DNA of 32,000 nucleotides from Candidatus Kuenenia stuttgartensis (GCF_900232105.1 NZ_LT934425.1:1110001-1142000); one strand, 5' to 3'; positions 20,503 to 30,978 are shown, counted from the first letter of the stretch. Notes: generated by a model not told the origin, from the sequence alone. A program made the numbers and translations.

Positions 20503-20960
20503 ACACTGCCCTAAATCCTAAACAAAAAAAATACTCACAGTAAAAATCTGCGGTAACCCTTTTTTGATATCCTTATTAATAGTAAATTGTCTCTTGGCTT
20601 CTGACACAATACCTTTTTTCATGCTACACAACAAATTTATTAGATGCATTTAACATTGACTATTTATTATAATGCTATTCTAAATTAAATCTTAACATTT
20701 TTATTAAAAAACGCACTTTCCTTATTATAATATTTATCAATAACTTCAGAATCATTGCCGCCGAGTTAAGAATTATTTTACCGAATAACTCCCTTTTGCC
20801 CTGCCAGAAATTGGATATGGGCAGACAGATTTTCTTGCAGCTAATTTAACTAACCCCCGATGAACGGAGATCACAACGAAACATGAAAGTCGTCCGGATT
20901 GGTATTAATATAGTATCTATTGTATTCATAAAGAACTTGTAGTTAATTTTACAATGTTAC

Positions 20961-20976
20961 ATGGAAAGACTTTCAT
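20961..20976. promoter_or_regulatory. Candidate operator: imperfect palindrome ATGGAAAG-A-CTTTCAT 45 bp upstream of glgE
   Basis: The palindrome was read directly. A third ATGAAAG half-site lies at 20883-20889. No known regulator could be assigned. Confidence 0.25.
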
Positions 20977-21020
20977 ATAGAACAACACCGACTTCAAACT
21001 TTTAAATAGCAGGAATATAA

Positions 21021-23006
21021 ATGGAATTTGAAGGAAGAAAAAGGGTAATTATTGAAAACGTAAGACCGCAAATTGATTGCGGTCGTTTTCCAGTAAAACG
21101 AGTAATTGGAGAGAAGGTAGTAGTCCAGGCAGACGTCTTTACTGACGGACACGATGATGTTATCCCTGTTTTATTACAACGTAAGGCCAGCGAAAAGGTT
21201 TGGCTGGAAATACCCATGAAGACTCTGGGAAATGATCGATGGGAAGGAAACTTTACTGTTCGGGAAATCGGCATTTATTATTATACAGTTGAAGGATGGG
21301 TAGATCACTTCACCACATGGAAAAAGGAACTGAAAAAAAAGTATGACGCAGGGCAGGAAACAAGCATGGATATTTTGACAGGCGTTGTCTATATTCAAAA
21401 ATCATCAGCGCTGGCAACAAAGGATGATTCCAAAAAACTTCATGTATTTGCTAATACCTTAAAAACAGAAAAAAATACAGCAGGAGCCCTTTCTCTTGCC
21501 TTTAATGAGGAATTAGCTTCGCTTATGAAAACATGGCCAGACAAAAGTCTGTCAACTCTATATGAAAAAGAATTAGGAGTAGTGGTGGACAGGGAAAAGG
21601 CTCTTTTTAGCGCCTGGTATGAATTGTTTCCGCGTTCCTGTAATTCTGAACAGGAAAGAGGCGGCACATTGAAAGACTGTGAATCACTCATTCCTGAAAT
21701 CGCAAATATGGGTTTTAATATATTGTACTTGCCTCCAATTCATCCTATTGGAATAACGAACCGAAAGGGGAAAAACAATTCCCCTGTCTCACAAAAGGGA
21801 GAGCCTGGAAGTCCCTGGGCAATCGGATCGCACGAAGGAGGGCATACGTCAATACATCCTTCCCTTGGTACAGAGAAAGATTTTCAAGCGCTGATAGAAC
21901 GGGCGAGGGAATATAATATTGATATTGCATTGGATCTTGCGTTTCAGTGTTCCCCGGATCATCCTTATATAAAAAAACACAGGAACTGGTTCAAGATACG
22001 ACCTGATGGTTCAATACAACATGCGGAAAATCCTCCAAAAAAATATGAAGATATTGTTCCCTTTAATTTTGAAACGGAAAACTGGAAAGGACTTTGGCAT
22101 GAGCTGAAAAATGTTGTCTTTTGCTGGATTGAACGCGGGGTTCGTATATTCCGGGTGGACAATCCACATACAAAACCGTTTGCTTTTTGGGAATGGTTGA
22201 TAGGAGAAACACAAAAAATCTATCCGGAGGTAATTTTTCTTTCAGAGGCTTTTACGAGGCCAAAAGTAATGTACCGATTGGCTAAAATAGGGTTTACACA
22301 GTCATATACCTACTTTACCTGGCGGAATACAAAACGGGAACTGACTCAGTATGTCACTGAACTCACACAGGAAGAATTAAAAGAATATTTCAGGCCGAAT
22401 TTCTGGCCAAATACGCCGGACATTTTACCGGAACAACTGCAATATGGAAGAAGACCAGCATTTATAATACGGTTTATCCTGGCAAGCACCCTGTCTTCTA
22501 ATTACGGTATTTACGGACCTGCCTTCGAACTTTGTGTCAGTGAAGCGGTAACCGGTAAGGAAGAATATTTTAATTCCGAAAAATATGAGATAAAACAATG
22601 GAACTTGAACATGCCGGGAAATTTAAAGGATCTCATAACAAGGATAAATCGGATACGCATAGAAAACGCAGCATTGCAGGATACAGGGAATATACGTTTT
22701 TATGAAGTTGATAATGAACATCTTCTCTTCTATGGAAAGACAACAGAAGACCTTTCCAATATTATACTCGTCGTTGTCAATCTGGACCCGCACCATGCTC
22801 AATCGGGCTGGGTCAATGTTCCGATAAAAATATTGGGAATAGACGCAAATCAGTCATACATGGTGCATGATCTGTTGAGCGATGAAAAATACGTGTGGCA
22901 GGGGAAAAAAAACTATGTAGAACTTCAGCCCGATGCCACTCCCGCGCATATTTTCCGAATAAGGAAAAGGCTGAGGAAAGAAACCGATTTTGATTATTAT
23001 ATGTAA
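21021..23006 (+). CDS. glgE: Alpha-1,4-glucan:maltose-1-phosphate maltosyltransferase GlgE
   Basis: Intact 661-aa ORF. The N-terminus (IENVRPQIDCGRFPVKRVIGEKVVVQADVFTDGHD) and FRVDNPHTKPFAFWEWLI are GlgE hallmarks. An AGGAG site precedes the next gene. Confidence 0.85.
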   Translation: MEFEGRKRVIIENVRPQIDCGRFPVKRVIGEKVVVQADVFTDGHDDVIPVLLQRKASEKVWLEIPMKTLGNDRWEGNFTVREIGIYYYTVEGWVDHFTTWKKELKKKYDAGQETSMDILTGVVYIQKSSALATKDDSKKLHVFANTLKTEKNTAGALSLAFNEELASLMKTWPDKSLSTLYEKELGVVVDREKALFSAWYELFPRSCNSEQERGGTLKDCESLIPEIANMGFNILYLPPIHPIGITNRKGKNNSPVSQKGEPGSPWAIGSHEGGHTSIHPSLGTEKDFQALIERAREYNIDIALDLAFQCSPDHPYIKKHRNWFKIRPDGSIQHAENPPKKYEDIVPFNFETENWKGLWHELKNVVFCWIERGVRIFRVDNPHTKPFAFWEWLIGETQKIYPEVIFLSEAFTRPKVMYRLAKIGFTQSYTYFTWRNTKRELTQYVTELTQEELKEYFRPNFWPNTPDILPEQLQYGRRPAFIIRFILASTLSSNYGIYGPAFELCVSEAVTGKEEYFNSEKYEIKQWNLNMPGNLKDLITRINRIRIENAALQDTGNIRFYEVDNEHLLFYGKTTEDLSNIILVVVNLDPHHAQSGWVNVPIKILGIDANQSYMVHDLLSDEKYVWQGKKNYVELQPDATPAHIFRIRKRLRKETDFDYYM

Positions 23007-23020
23007 AGGAGTATCGCTCT

Positions 23021-26000
23021 ATGCCGCCAAAAGAGATGCTTCACGCTGAAGAACCCCTCTGGTATAAGGATGCAATTATTTATGAACTGCATGTAAAGGC
23101 ATTCTACGATTCGAATAGCGATGGGATTGGCGACTTCAAGGGCGTCACGGAAAAGCTGGATTATCTGGAAAATCTCGGCGTAACCGCTTTATGGCTTCTG
23201 CCCTTTTATCCCTCTCCCCTAAAGGATGACGGATATGATATCGCGGACTATTTTGGCATTCATCCCGATTACGGAACATTAAGAGACTTCAAACTCTTTA
23301 TCAAAGAGGCGCATAAAAGAGGTTTGAAGGTAATTACGGAACTCGTTCTCAACCATACCTCCGACCAGCATAAATGGTTTCATGCCGCCAGGAGACCGAA
23401 ACAGAAATCAAAAATGAAAGATTTTTACGTGTGGAGTGATACGTCTGAAAAATATAAAGACGCGCGAATAATTTTTAAAGACTTTGAACATTCCAACTGG
23501 ACATGGGATCCGGTTGCAAAGGCATATTACTGGCATCGTTTCTACTCACATCAACCCGATTTAAATTTTACGAATCCGGCCGTGCAAAAAGAAATGCTCA
23601 GGATTATCGATTACTGGATTGATATGGGAGTCGATGGTTTCCGTCTGGACGCAGTGCCGTATCTGTTTGAAAAGGAGGGAACAAATTGTGAAAATCTCCC
23701 TGAAACCCACGATTTTTTGAAAAAGCTGAGGGCACACGTTGAAAGCACGCACAATAATGTTATGCTCCTGGCAGAAGCAAATCAATGGCCAGAGGATGCT
23801 GTCGTATATTTCGGCAATCAGGATGAATGCCATATGTCGTTCCATTTCCCCCTCATGCCGAGATTGTTTATGTCAATATGGATGGAAGACAGATTTCCGA
23901 TCATTGATATCTTCGATCAAACCCCGCTATTGCCGGAAACATGTCAATGGGCTCTTTTTTTAAGAAACCACGATGAACTCACCCTTGAAATGGTAACCGA
24001 TGAAGAGAGGGACTATATGTACCAGGTATACGCAAGCGATCCCGTTGCAAGAATAAACCTCGGCATCCGAAGACGGCTGGCTCCCCTGCTAGGGAACAAC
24101 AGAAGAAAGATAGAGCTTATGAACGCACTCCTTTTTTCCCTGCCGGGTACGCCCATTATTTATTATGGAGACGAAATCGGGATGGGGGACAATTTTTACC
24201 TTGGAGACAGAAATGGCGTACGAACTCCCATGCAATGGAATGTCGACCGGAATGCTGGATTTTCAAGGGTAAACCCCCAGAAACTCTATCTGCCTATCGT
24301 TACCGATCCGGAATACCATTATGAGGCAATTAACGTGGAAAATCAGGAAAAGAACCACGCGTCACTTCTCTGGTGGATGAAACGGGTAATAGCCATGAGA
24401 AAACGGTATAAGGCATTTGGAAGAGGGAGTATAGAATTTCTTTTCCCTGATAATCCGAAAGTACTCGCATTTATCCGCCATTATCAGGACGAGCATATCC
24501 TTGTCGTCATGAATCTCTCACGATTCTCTCAGGTAGTGGAATTAGACCTTTCAACGTTTTCCGATTGTACGCCGGAAGATGTGTTTAGCGGAAATAAATT
24601 CCCAAAAATAACGAAATCTCCTTATGTACTTACCATTAACAGGCATGATTACTTTTGGTTTCTGATACAAAAAGAAGCGGAAGAATTACGTCTTGCAAAA
24701 GACGAAAGTATCCCTGAATTGAGTATAAACGGAAAGTGGGAAACTGTTTTCCAGGGAAAAACGGCGGTAAAATTGGAAAAAATGATTTTGCCTGTTTATC
24801 TTAAAAAGAGCAGATGGTTCGGCGGCAAGGCATCGGATATTCAAGAAGTCAAAATTATTGAAAATATTTCATTGCAGAAAGACACGCATACCACACAACT
24901 TATCCTGATTGAGGTAAAATATAACGGCAAGGAATCTGATAGGTATGTCCTTTCTTTTTCTTATCTGAGCGGAAGCGAAGCAGAAACAATGCTGCATGAA
25001 AACCCCCAGAAAATTGTGATGAAACTGAAAACAGATGATACTGAAGGGATTGTGTATGACGGCATTTATGATGAAGAATTTCAAAAGTTTATATTGAAAA
25101 TGGCGGTAAACAGATTGTCAGTAAAGGGTACTCAGGGAAGACTTGTCGTTCATACCGGGAAAATGCATAAACAATATAAACTGAAAGAATTGCTTTCAGA
25201 AAAATCATCCGTATTAAAAGCGGAACAGAGCAATTCATCATTACTCTATGGTAAAGAATTAATTTTCAAACTTTACCGACGCCTTTGCGAAGGTATTAAT
25301 CCGGAGTGGGAAATTGGCAAATTTCTAGGCGAGTATACTGCATTCGCCAACGTTCCGGCATTTATAGGGGAAATAGCATATGTGAGAAAGGGAAATCAAC
25401 CGATATCGATCGGTATCCTCCAGCGCTTCATTCCCAATCATGGAGACGCCTGGTCATATACACTTGATTCATTAATGACGTATTTTGACAGGGTCTTTGC
25501 AAAAAAGAATGAAATTCCGGAAATGCCCGTGATGTCTTTTTCCCTTTTAGAAAGTACGTCGCATGAAATACCTTTGCTGTTTAAGGAATTAATTAGCGGG
25601 GTATATCTTGAGATGGCGTCGCTTTTGGGGAAAAGAACGGCCGAATTGCATATCGCGCTGTCAAAAGAAACGGATAACAACGATTTTCGCCCCGAACCGT
25701 TTTCACGGCTGTATCAAAGATCTCTTTATCAATCAATGCAATCTTATCTGAAAAAGGTTTTCGCCTTGCTCAGAAAAAACATGAAAAAATTGCCAGAGAA
25801 TACAAAAGAATCAGTCGATAAATTGCTATTGCAGGAAAACAGAATAATAGAACTCTATAAAAACATCTTTAAAAAGAAAATTTCCGCTTTGAAAATAAGG
25901 ATACACGGCGATTATCACCTGGGCCAGGTTATTTACACTGGAAATGATTTTTTTATTATTGATTTTGAAGGCGAACCGGCCAGGAGCCTTAGCGAAAGGA

Positions 26001-26353
26001 GACTTAAAAAATCCGTATTAAAGGACGTAGCGGGAATGATACGGTCTTTCCATTACGTGTCAAATACCGCTCTCTTGAAACATATCACCATACGCCCGGA
26101 AGATATTCCCGTGTTGGAACCATGGACAAACCTATGGTATCAATATGTGGCAGGAATTTTCTTAAAATCATATATTGAAACGGCAAAAAATACCCACCTT
26201 TTCCCTGAAAATAATGAAGATTTTACCATGCTCCTTACTTCTTTCCTTTTGGAAAAGGCAGTTTATGAACTGGGATATGAATTAAATAACCGCCCGGAAT
26301 GGACATCGATACCCATAAAGGGCATTTTACAACTTTTGGAAACAAACAAATGA
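23021..26353 (+). CDS. treS: Fused trehalose synthase / maltokinase (TreS-Pep2)
   Basis: Intact 1110-aa ORF. The N-terminal GH13 TreS part has WYKDAIIYELHVKAF...DGIGDF, GFRLDAVPYL and NHDELTLE. The C-terminal maltokinase part has RIHGDYHLGQV and FIIDFEGEP. Confidence 0.9.
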   Translation: MPPKEMLHAEEPLWYKDAIIYELHVKAFYDSNSDGIGDFKGVTEKLDYLENLGVTALWLLPFYPSPLKDDGYDIADYFGIHPDYGTLRDFKLFIKEAHKRGLKVITELVLNHTSDQHKWFHAARRPKQKSKMKDFYVWSDTSEKYKDARIIFKDFEHSNWTWDPVAKAYYWHRFYSHQPDLNFTNPAVQKEMLRIIDYWIDMGVDGFRLDAVPYLFEKEGTNCENLPETHDFLKKLRAHVESTHNNVMLLAEANQWPEDAVVYFGNQDECHMSFHFPLMPRLFMSIWMEDRFPIIDIFDQTPLLPETCQWALFLRNHDELTLEMVTDEERDYMYQVYASDPVARINLGIRRRLAPLLGNNRRKIELMNALLFSLPGTPIIYYGDEIGMGDNFYLGDRNGVRTPMQWNVDRNAGFSRVNPQKLYLPIVTDPEYHYEAINVENQEKNHASLLWWMKRVIAMRKRYKAFGRGSIEFLFPDNPKVLAFIRHYQDEHILVVMNLSRFSQVVELDLSTFSDCTPEDVFSGNKFPKITKSPYVLTINRHDYFWFLIQKEAEELRLAKDESIPELSINGKWETVFQGKTAVKLEKMILPVYLKKSRWFGGKASDIQEVKIIENISLQKDTHTTQLILIEVKYNGKESDRYVLSFSYLSGSEAETMLHENPQKIVMKLKTDDTEGIVYDGIYDEEFQKFILKMAVNRLSVKGTQGRLVVHTGKMHKQYKLKELLSEKSSVLKAEQSNSSLLYGKELIFKLYRRLCEGINPEWEIGKFLGEYTAFANVPAFIGEIAYVRKGNQPISIGILQRFIPNHGDAWSYTLDSLMTYFDRVFAKKNEIPEMPVMSFSLLESTSHEIPLLFKELISGVYLEMASLLGKRTAELHIALSKETDNNDFRPEPFSRLYQRSLYQSMQSYLKKVFALLRKNMKKLPENTKESVDKLLLQENRIIELYKNIFKKKISALKIRIHGDYHLGQVIYTGNDFFIIDFEGEPARSLSERRLKKSVLKDVAGMIRSFHYVSNTALLKHITIRPEDIPVLEPWTNLWYQYVAGIFLKSYIETAKNTHLFPENNEDFTMLLTSFLLEKAVYELGYELNNRPEWTSIPIKGILQLLETNK

Positions 26354-26360
26354 TGACAGA
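26314..26360 (+). repeat. Direct repeat copy 1 (47 bp): the 3' end of treS-pep2 plus a duplicated glgB start
   Basis: CATAAAGGGCATTTTACAACTTTTGGAAACAAACAAATGATGACAGA is identical at 47/47 positions to 27166-27212. Confidence 0.95.
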
Positions 26361-26428
26361 TGAAGGAAGAACTTTAACTTTATCTATTTTTGCACACTTT
26401 ACTTAAATAAGATTGGAGATAAAATAAT

Positions 26429-26680
26429 ATGGCAACATTAACAATCGAGTATCCGGATGAAATTTTGGTATCATTAAAAGAAACACAAGACGATTTTTCT
26501 GAAGAGCTGAAAATAGCAGCAGCAGTAAAGCTTTACGAGATGGGGAAACTATCGTCTGGTAAGGCAGCCAGGCTTGCGGGTATGGATAAGATTTCTTTTT
26601 TGAAAATACTTGGTAAATATCAGGTGTCCATATCGACATTAGAAGAATTTAAAGAGGATATGAAAGTTGACATCGGTTAA
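26429..26680 (+). CDS. UPF0175-family antitoxin-like protein
   Basis: 83 aa. The pattern (...AAVKLYEMGKLSSGKAARLAGMDKISFLKILGKYQVS...) is typical of UPF0175 proteins that pair with PIN-like partners. GGAG lies 11 nt upstream of the ATG, and the gene overlaps the next one by 14 nt. Confidence 0.7.
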   Translation: MATLTIEYPDEILVSLKETQDDFSEELKIAAAVKLYEMGKLSSGKAARLAGMDKISFLKILGKYQVSISTLEEFKEDMKVDIG

Positions 26681-27170
26681 AAATATTGTCGTTGTAAACA
26701 CATCACCAATCATCTATTTGTCTGCTATCAATAAAACAGACCTGTTAAAGAAACTTTTTGGCGAAATCTTTATACCCGGTGCAGTAAAACAAGAAATAAT
26801 ATCAGGAGGCAAAGACACCTTCGGTTTTCTGGAAATAAAAAATGAACCATGGATAAAAACTAAGACTATCGAAAATGAATTGGCAAAAAAGTGTCTTCTA
26901 ACGGATATCGATGATGGTGAAGCAGAGGTAATAGTTCTTGCAGAAGAATTAAAAGCGAATATCATCGTTATGGATGACAGATTAGGTAGAAAGGTTGTAC
27001 GGCTCAGAGGTTTTCGTGTTATCGGTACATTGAGATTATTGATAGCCGCTAAAGAAAAAGGAATAATAACGGAAGTAAAGCCGCTGGTTGAAAAGCTTAA
27101 AGAATTCGGCTTCTGGATAAGTGCGGATGTTTATAAAGACGTTTTGGCACGATCAAACGAAATAACATAA
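26667..27170 (+). CDS. PIN-like nuclease toxin candidate (COG2405 / DUF3368-type partner of UPF0175)
   Basis: 167 aa with a TTG start. It contains [33 protein letters not shown] and [10 protein letters not shown], plus the C-terminal [15 protein letters not shown]...FWIS pattern of DUF3368-type proteins. Confidence 0.7.
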   Translation: MTSVKNIVVVNTSPIIYLSAINKTDLLKKLFGEIFIPGAVKQEIISGGKDTFGFLEIKNEPWIKTKTIENELAKKCLLTDIDDGEAEVIVLAEELKANIIVMDDRLGRKVVRLRGFRVIGTLRLLIAAKEKGIITEVKPLVEKLKEFGFWISADVYKDVLARSNEIT

Positions 27171-27212
27171 AGGGCATTTTACAACTTTTGGAAACAAACA
27201 AATGATGACAGA
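27166..27212 (+). repeat. Direct repeat copy 2 (47 bp): supplies the toxin stop codon and the glgB start region
   Basis: Identical to 26314-26360. It contains the TAA stop of the toxin gene (27168-27170) and the ATGATG start of glgB (27202). Confidence 0.95.
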
Positions 27213-29151
27213 AAAAAATAAAACCTGTGAAACGGTTAATACCAGCAAAAGTCTTTTAACAGACCACGACATATATCTGTTTAAAGAAGGAAACCATTTT
27301 CATCTCTATGAAAAACTCGGCTCGCATCTTATAACATTTAATAATGTGAAAGGCGTTTACTTTGCCGTATGGGCGCCAAATGCCGAAAAGGTATCCGTAA
27401 TAGGCGACTTTAACAACTGGAACAAGACATCGCATCATCTCAGGGCGAGAGAAGACAGTTCAGGTATCTGGGAAGGATTTGTTCCCGGCATAGGCGAAGG
27501 AACAATCTATCGCTACCATATTCGTTCACGATACAACAATTACCGTGTTGATAAAAGAGACCCATTTGCCTTCTACGGCGAAACTCCCCCTAACAGCGCT
27601 TCTATAGTGAGGGATTTAACATACACGTGGGGCGATCAGGCATGGATGAAGGAACGGTCAGGGAAAAATAATATCAATGCCCCCTTGTCCGTATATGAAA
27701 TCCATTTGGGTTCGTGGAGGCGGATTCCGGAGGATGGAAACAGATTCCTGACTTACCGTGAAATGGCGCCATATCTCGCGGAATATGTAAAAGAGACGGG
27801 ATTTACACATGTCGAATTACTCCCTGTCATGGAACACCCTTTTTATGGTTCATGGGGATATCAGATAACAGGTTTTTTTTCCCCAACGGGCAGATACGGA
27901 ACCCCGCAGGATTTTATGTATCTGGTTGATTATCTGCACCAGAACGAAATTGGAGTCATTCTCGACTGGGTGCCATCACATTTTCCCTCCGATGAACATG
28001 GCCTTGTTTACTTTGACGGCACACATCTTTATGAACACGCCGATCCGAGGAAGGGGTTTCATCCGGACTGGACAAGTTATATTTTCAATTACGGCAGGAA
28101 TGAAGTACAAAATTTCCTCGTGAGCAATGCCCTTTTTTGGCTGGATAAATACCATATTGACGGATTAAGAGTGGACGCCGTTGCCTCAATGCTGTATCTT
28201 GATTACTCAAGGAAAGAGGGAGAATGGATACCAAACAAATACGGCGGCAGGGAAAATATTGAAGCCGTCAGTTTTTTGAAAAAATGCAACGAGACAATAT
28301 ATCATTTTTACCCCGATGTTCAGACCATCGCAGAAGAATCCACTGCATGGCCCATGGTTTCAAGGCCAACGTATGTAGGGGGGCTTGGATTCGGAATGAA
28401 ATGGAATATGGGATGGATGCACGACACATTAAAATATTTCTCAATCGACCCCATTTACCGGAAATACCACATGAATCAAATTACCTTTAGCATACTGTAT
28501 GCCTTTACAGAAAACTTTGTCCTCCCGCTTTCACACGATGAGGTTGTGCATGGGAAAGGGTCGTTATTGTACCGCATGCCGGGTGATGAGTGGCAAAAGT
28601 TTGCAAATCTCCGGTTGTTATTTGGTTACATGTTCGGACACCCGGGAAAGAAATTACTCTTTATGGGAGGTGAATTCGGGCAGACAAAAGAATGGTATCA
28701 CGAAGAAAGCCTGAGCTGGCATCTCCTGCAATACCCGATACACAAAGGGATGCAGGAATGGGTTAAAGACCTCAACCGCTTTTACAGAAATGAACCCGTA
28801 TTGTACGAAATTGATTTTGAATATACGGGCTTCGAGTGGGTCGATTTCCACGATCTGGACCGCAACATCATAAGTTTCCTGCGAAAGGGAAAGACCGTAA
28901 AGGATCAGATTCTGGTGGTCTGCAATTTTACCCCTGTGCCAAGATACAACTATCGTATTGGAGTTCCATATGGCGGATTCTGGAAAGAGGTATTGAACAG
29001 CGATGCAAAACATTATAATGGAAGCGGACACGGAAATTTAGGCGGAGTAGAGGCAAGTCCGCTGCCTTCACATGGCAGATATTATTCGATTGCACTAACA
29101 CTGCCTCCGCTTGGTATAGTTTTTTTTAAAAGAGAAATGGATGACAAATGA
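27202..29151 (+). CDS. glgB: 1,4-alpha-glucan branching enzyme GlgB (GH13)
   Basis: Intact 649-aa ORF with [45 protein letters not shown] and SHDEVVHGK. Confidence 0.95.
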   Translation: MMTEKNKTCETVNTSKSLLTDHDIYLFKEGNHFHLYEKLGSHLITFNNVKGVYFAVWAPNAEKVSVIGDFNNWNKTSHHLRAREDSSGIWEGFVPGIGEGTIYRYHIRSRYNNYRVDKRDPFAFYGETPPNSASIVRDLTYTWGDQAWMKERSGKNNINAPLSVYEIHLGSWRRIPEDGNRFLTYREMAPYLAEYVKETGFTHVELLPVMEHPFYGSWGYQITGFFSPTGRYGTPQDFMYLVDYLHQNEIGVILDWVPSHFPSDEHGLVYFDGTHLYEHADPRKGFHPDWTSYIFNYGRNEVQNFLVSNALFWLDKYHIDGLRVDAVASMLYLDYSRKEGEWIPNKYGGRENIEAVSFLKKCNETIYHFYPDVQTIAEESTAWPMVSRPTYVGGLGFGMKWNMGWMHDTLKYFSIDPIYRKYHMNQITFSILYAFTENFVLPLSHDEVVHGKGSLLYRMPGDEWQKFANLRLLFGYMFGHPGKKLLFMGGEFGQTKEWYHEESLSWHLLQYPIHKGMQEWVKDLNRFYRNEPVLYEIDFEYTGFEWVDFHDLDRNIISFLRKGKTVKDQILVVCNFTPVPRYNYRIGVPYGGFWKEVLNSDAKHYNGSGHGNLGGVEASPLPSHGRYYSIALTLPPLGIVFFKREMDDK

Positions 29152-30971
29152 GGATTGGCGCACATTATCTCGGGAACGGAACGTGCGAATTTGTGGTGTG
29201 GGCGCCTTTTCTTAAAAGCGTTGCGGTAAAACTCATTTCACCCGACGAAAGACTGCTCCCTATGAAAAAAGATGAAAAAGGCTATTGGAAGGCTTGTGTT
29301 GAAGATGTATATCCGGGCGCCTGTTATTTTTATCAGCTCGGGGAAAAAACAGACAGGCCCGACCCGGCTTCATATTTTCAGCCTGCCGGAGTGCATCAAT
29401 ATTCACAGGTGGTGGAATTCGACTCCTTCAAATGGAAAGATAGTAAATGGAAAGGGATAGAACTTTCACAATTAATAATCTATGAACTCCATGTCGGTAC
29501 ATTTACTCCCCAGGGCACATTTGACGCAATACTTCCAAGATTAAACTCCTTAAAAGAGTTAGGCGTTAATGCCATTGAATTGATGCCCGTTGCGCAATTT
29601 CCCGGGGAAAGGAACTGGGGATATGACGGCGCCTATCTCTTTGCCGTGCAAAATTTGTATGGTGGGCCGGAAGGCCTTATGAGGCTTGTCAATGAATGCC
29701 ACAAACATGGCATCTCGGTAATTCTTGACGTCGTATATAATCATCTTGGCCCGGAGGGAAATTATCTTGCGGAATACGGCCCGTATTTTACCGATAAATA
29801 CCACACTCCATGGGGAAAGGCCATAAACTTTGATGACGCTTACAGTGACGAGGTTCGTTCATTCTTTCTTCAGAACGCGCTATTCTGGTTTGAAAATTAT
29901 CATATCGACGCCTTGCGGCTTGATGCCATTCACGGTATTTACGATATGGGGGCAAAACATATTTTAGAAGAATTGAAGGAGAAAACGGCAGAACTCTCCG
30001 TTCAAAAAAAGAAAACCTATTATTTAATTGCAGAAAGCAACCTGAATGATACAAAAATAACGCGGATAAAAGAAACCGGCGGTTATGGGATAGATTCCCA
30101 GTGGTGCGATGATTTGCACCATTCCCTGCACACACTCCTTACCGGAGAGATCACAGGATATTATTGCGATTTCGGTGAAACGAAACATCTGGTAAAATCT
30201 CTCGGAGAAGGGTTTGCTTATTCAGGAGAATACTCTCCATTCAGGAAACGACGTCATGGTAACTCTTCGAAAAATTGTCCGCCATCGCAATTTGTCGTCT
30301 TTTCGCAAAATCATGATCAAATAGGCAATCGGATGCTTGGGGAACGGTTATCAACATTGGTTTCGTTCGAGGCGTTAAAACTTGCGGCCGGTGTAATACT
30401 TCTTTCCCCTTATATACCGCTTTTGTTCATGGGAGAAGAATATGGCGAAGAAGCGCCTTTTCTCTATTTTGTCAGCCACTCGGATGTTCCTTTAATAGAA
30501 GCGGTAAGGCGCGGAAGAAAGCATGAGTTTCATGATTTTCAATGGCAGGGCGAACCGCCTGACCCGCAGGACAGTGAAACCTTTTTAACATCAAAATTAA
30601 ACTGGGGAAAAAAGAGACAGGGACATCATAAAGTATTGCTGGATTTTTATAAACATTTAATACATTTGAGGAAAACAATTCCTGCCTTCGCGAATCAGGA
30701 TAAGAACAAACTTTCCGTGTACGGCCTTGAGGATGAAAAGGTCGTGTTTTTGCAAAGAGGAGAGGGAGTGGATAACTCTTTTACCGTATTTAATTTTAGC
30801 GATAGTGAAGTGTCCGTGAAACTTCCCCTTCAGGAAAATCACTGGAAAAAGCTTGTTGATTCATCAGATGAGATGTGGGACGGTCCCGGCTCATTGTTAA
30901 CAGAAAAAACAGGGCAATTTAATCAAATCACTCTGAGAAAACACAGTTTTATTACGTTTATAAAGGAATGA
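29148..30971 (+). CDS. treZ: Malto-oligosyltrehalose trehalohydrolase TreZ (GH13)
   Basis: Intact 607-aa ORF with [62 protein letters not shown] and NHDQIGNR. Its ATGA start overlaps the glgB stop. Confidence 0.85.
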   Translation: MRIGAHYLGNGTCEFVVWAPFLKSVAVKLISPDERLLPMKKDEKGYWKACVEDVYPGACYFYQLGEKTDRPDPASYFQPAGVHQYSQVVEFDSFKWKDSKWKGIELSQLIIYELHVGTFTPQGTFDAILPRLNSLKELGVNAIELMPVAQFPGERNWGYDGAYLFAVQNLYGGPEGLMRLVNECHKHGISVILDVVYNHLGPEGNYLAEYGPYFTDKYHTPWGKAINFDDAYSDEVRSFFLQNALFWFENYHIDALRLDAIHGIYDMGAKHILEELKEKTAELSVQKKKTYYLIAESNLNDTKITRIKETGGYGIDSQWCDDLHHSLHTLLTGEITGYYCDFGETKHLVKSLGEGFAYSGEYSPFRKRRHGNSSKNCPPSQFVVFSQNHDQIGNRMLGERLSTLVSFEALKLAAGVILLSPYIPLLFMGEEYGEEAPFLYFVSHSDVPLIEAVRRGRKHEFHDFQWQGEPPDPQDSETFLTSKLNWGKKRQGHHKVLLDFYKHLIHLRKTIPAFANQDKNKLSVYGLEDEKVVFLQRGEGVDNSFTVFNFSDSEVSVKLPLQENHWKKLVDSSDEMWDGPGSLLTEKTGQFNQITLRKHSFITFIKE

Positions 30972-30978
30972 TCTATTT

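Noticed and set aside
26314-27212. The 47-bp direct repeats, considered as a CRISPR mini-array, integron attC sites or a transposon target-site duplication.
   Set aside because: There are only two copies, 852 bp apart. The repeat is host coding sequence (the treS-pep2 3' end and glgB start) and has no internal dyad like attC. It is also far longer than any known TSD, and no cas, intI or transposase genes are present.
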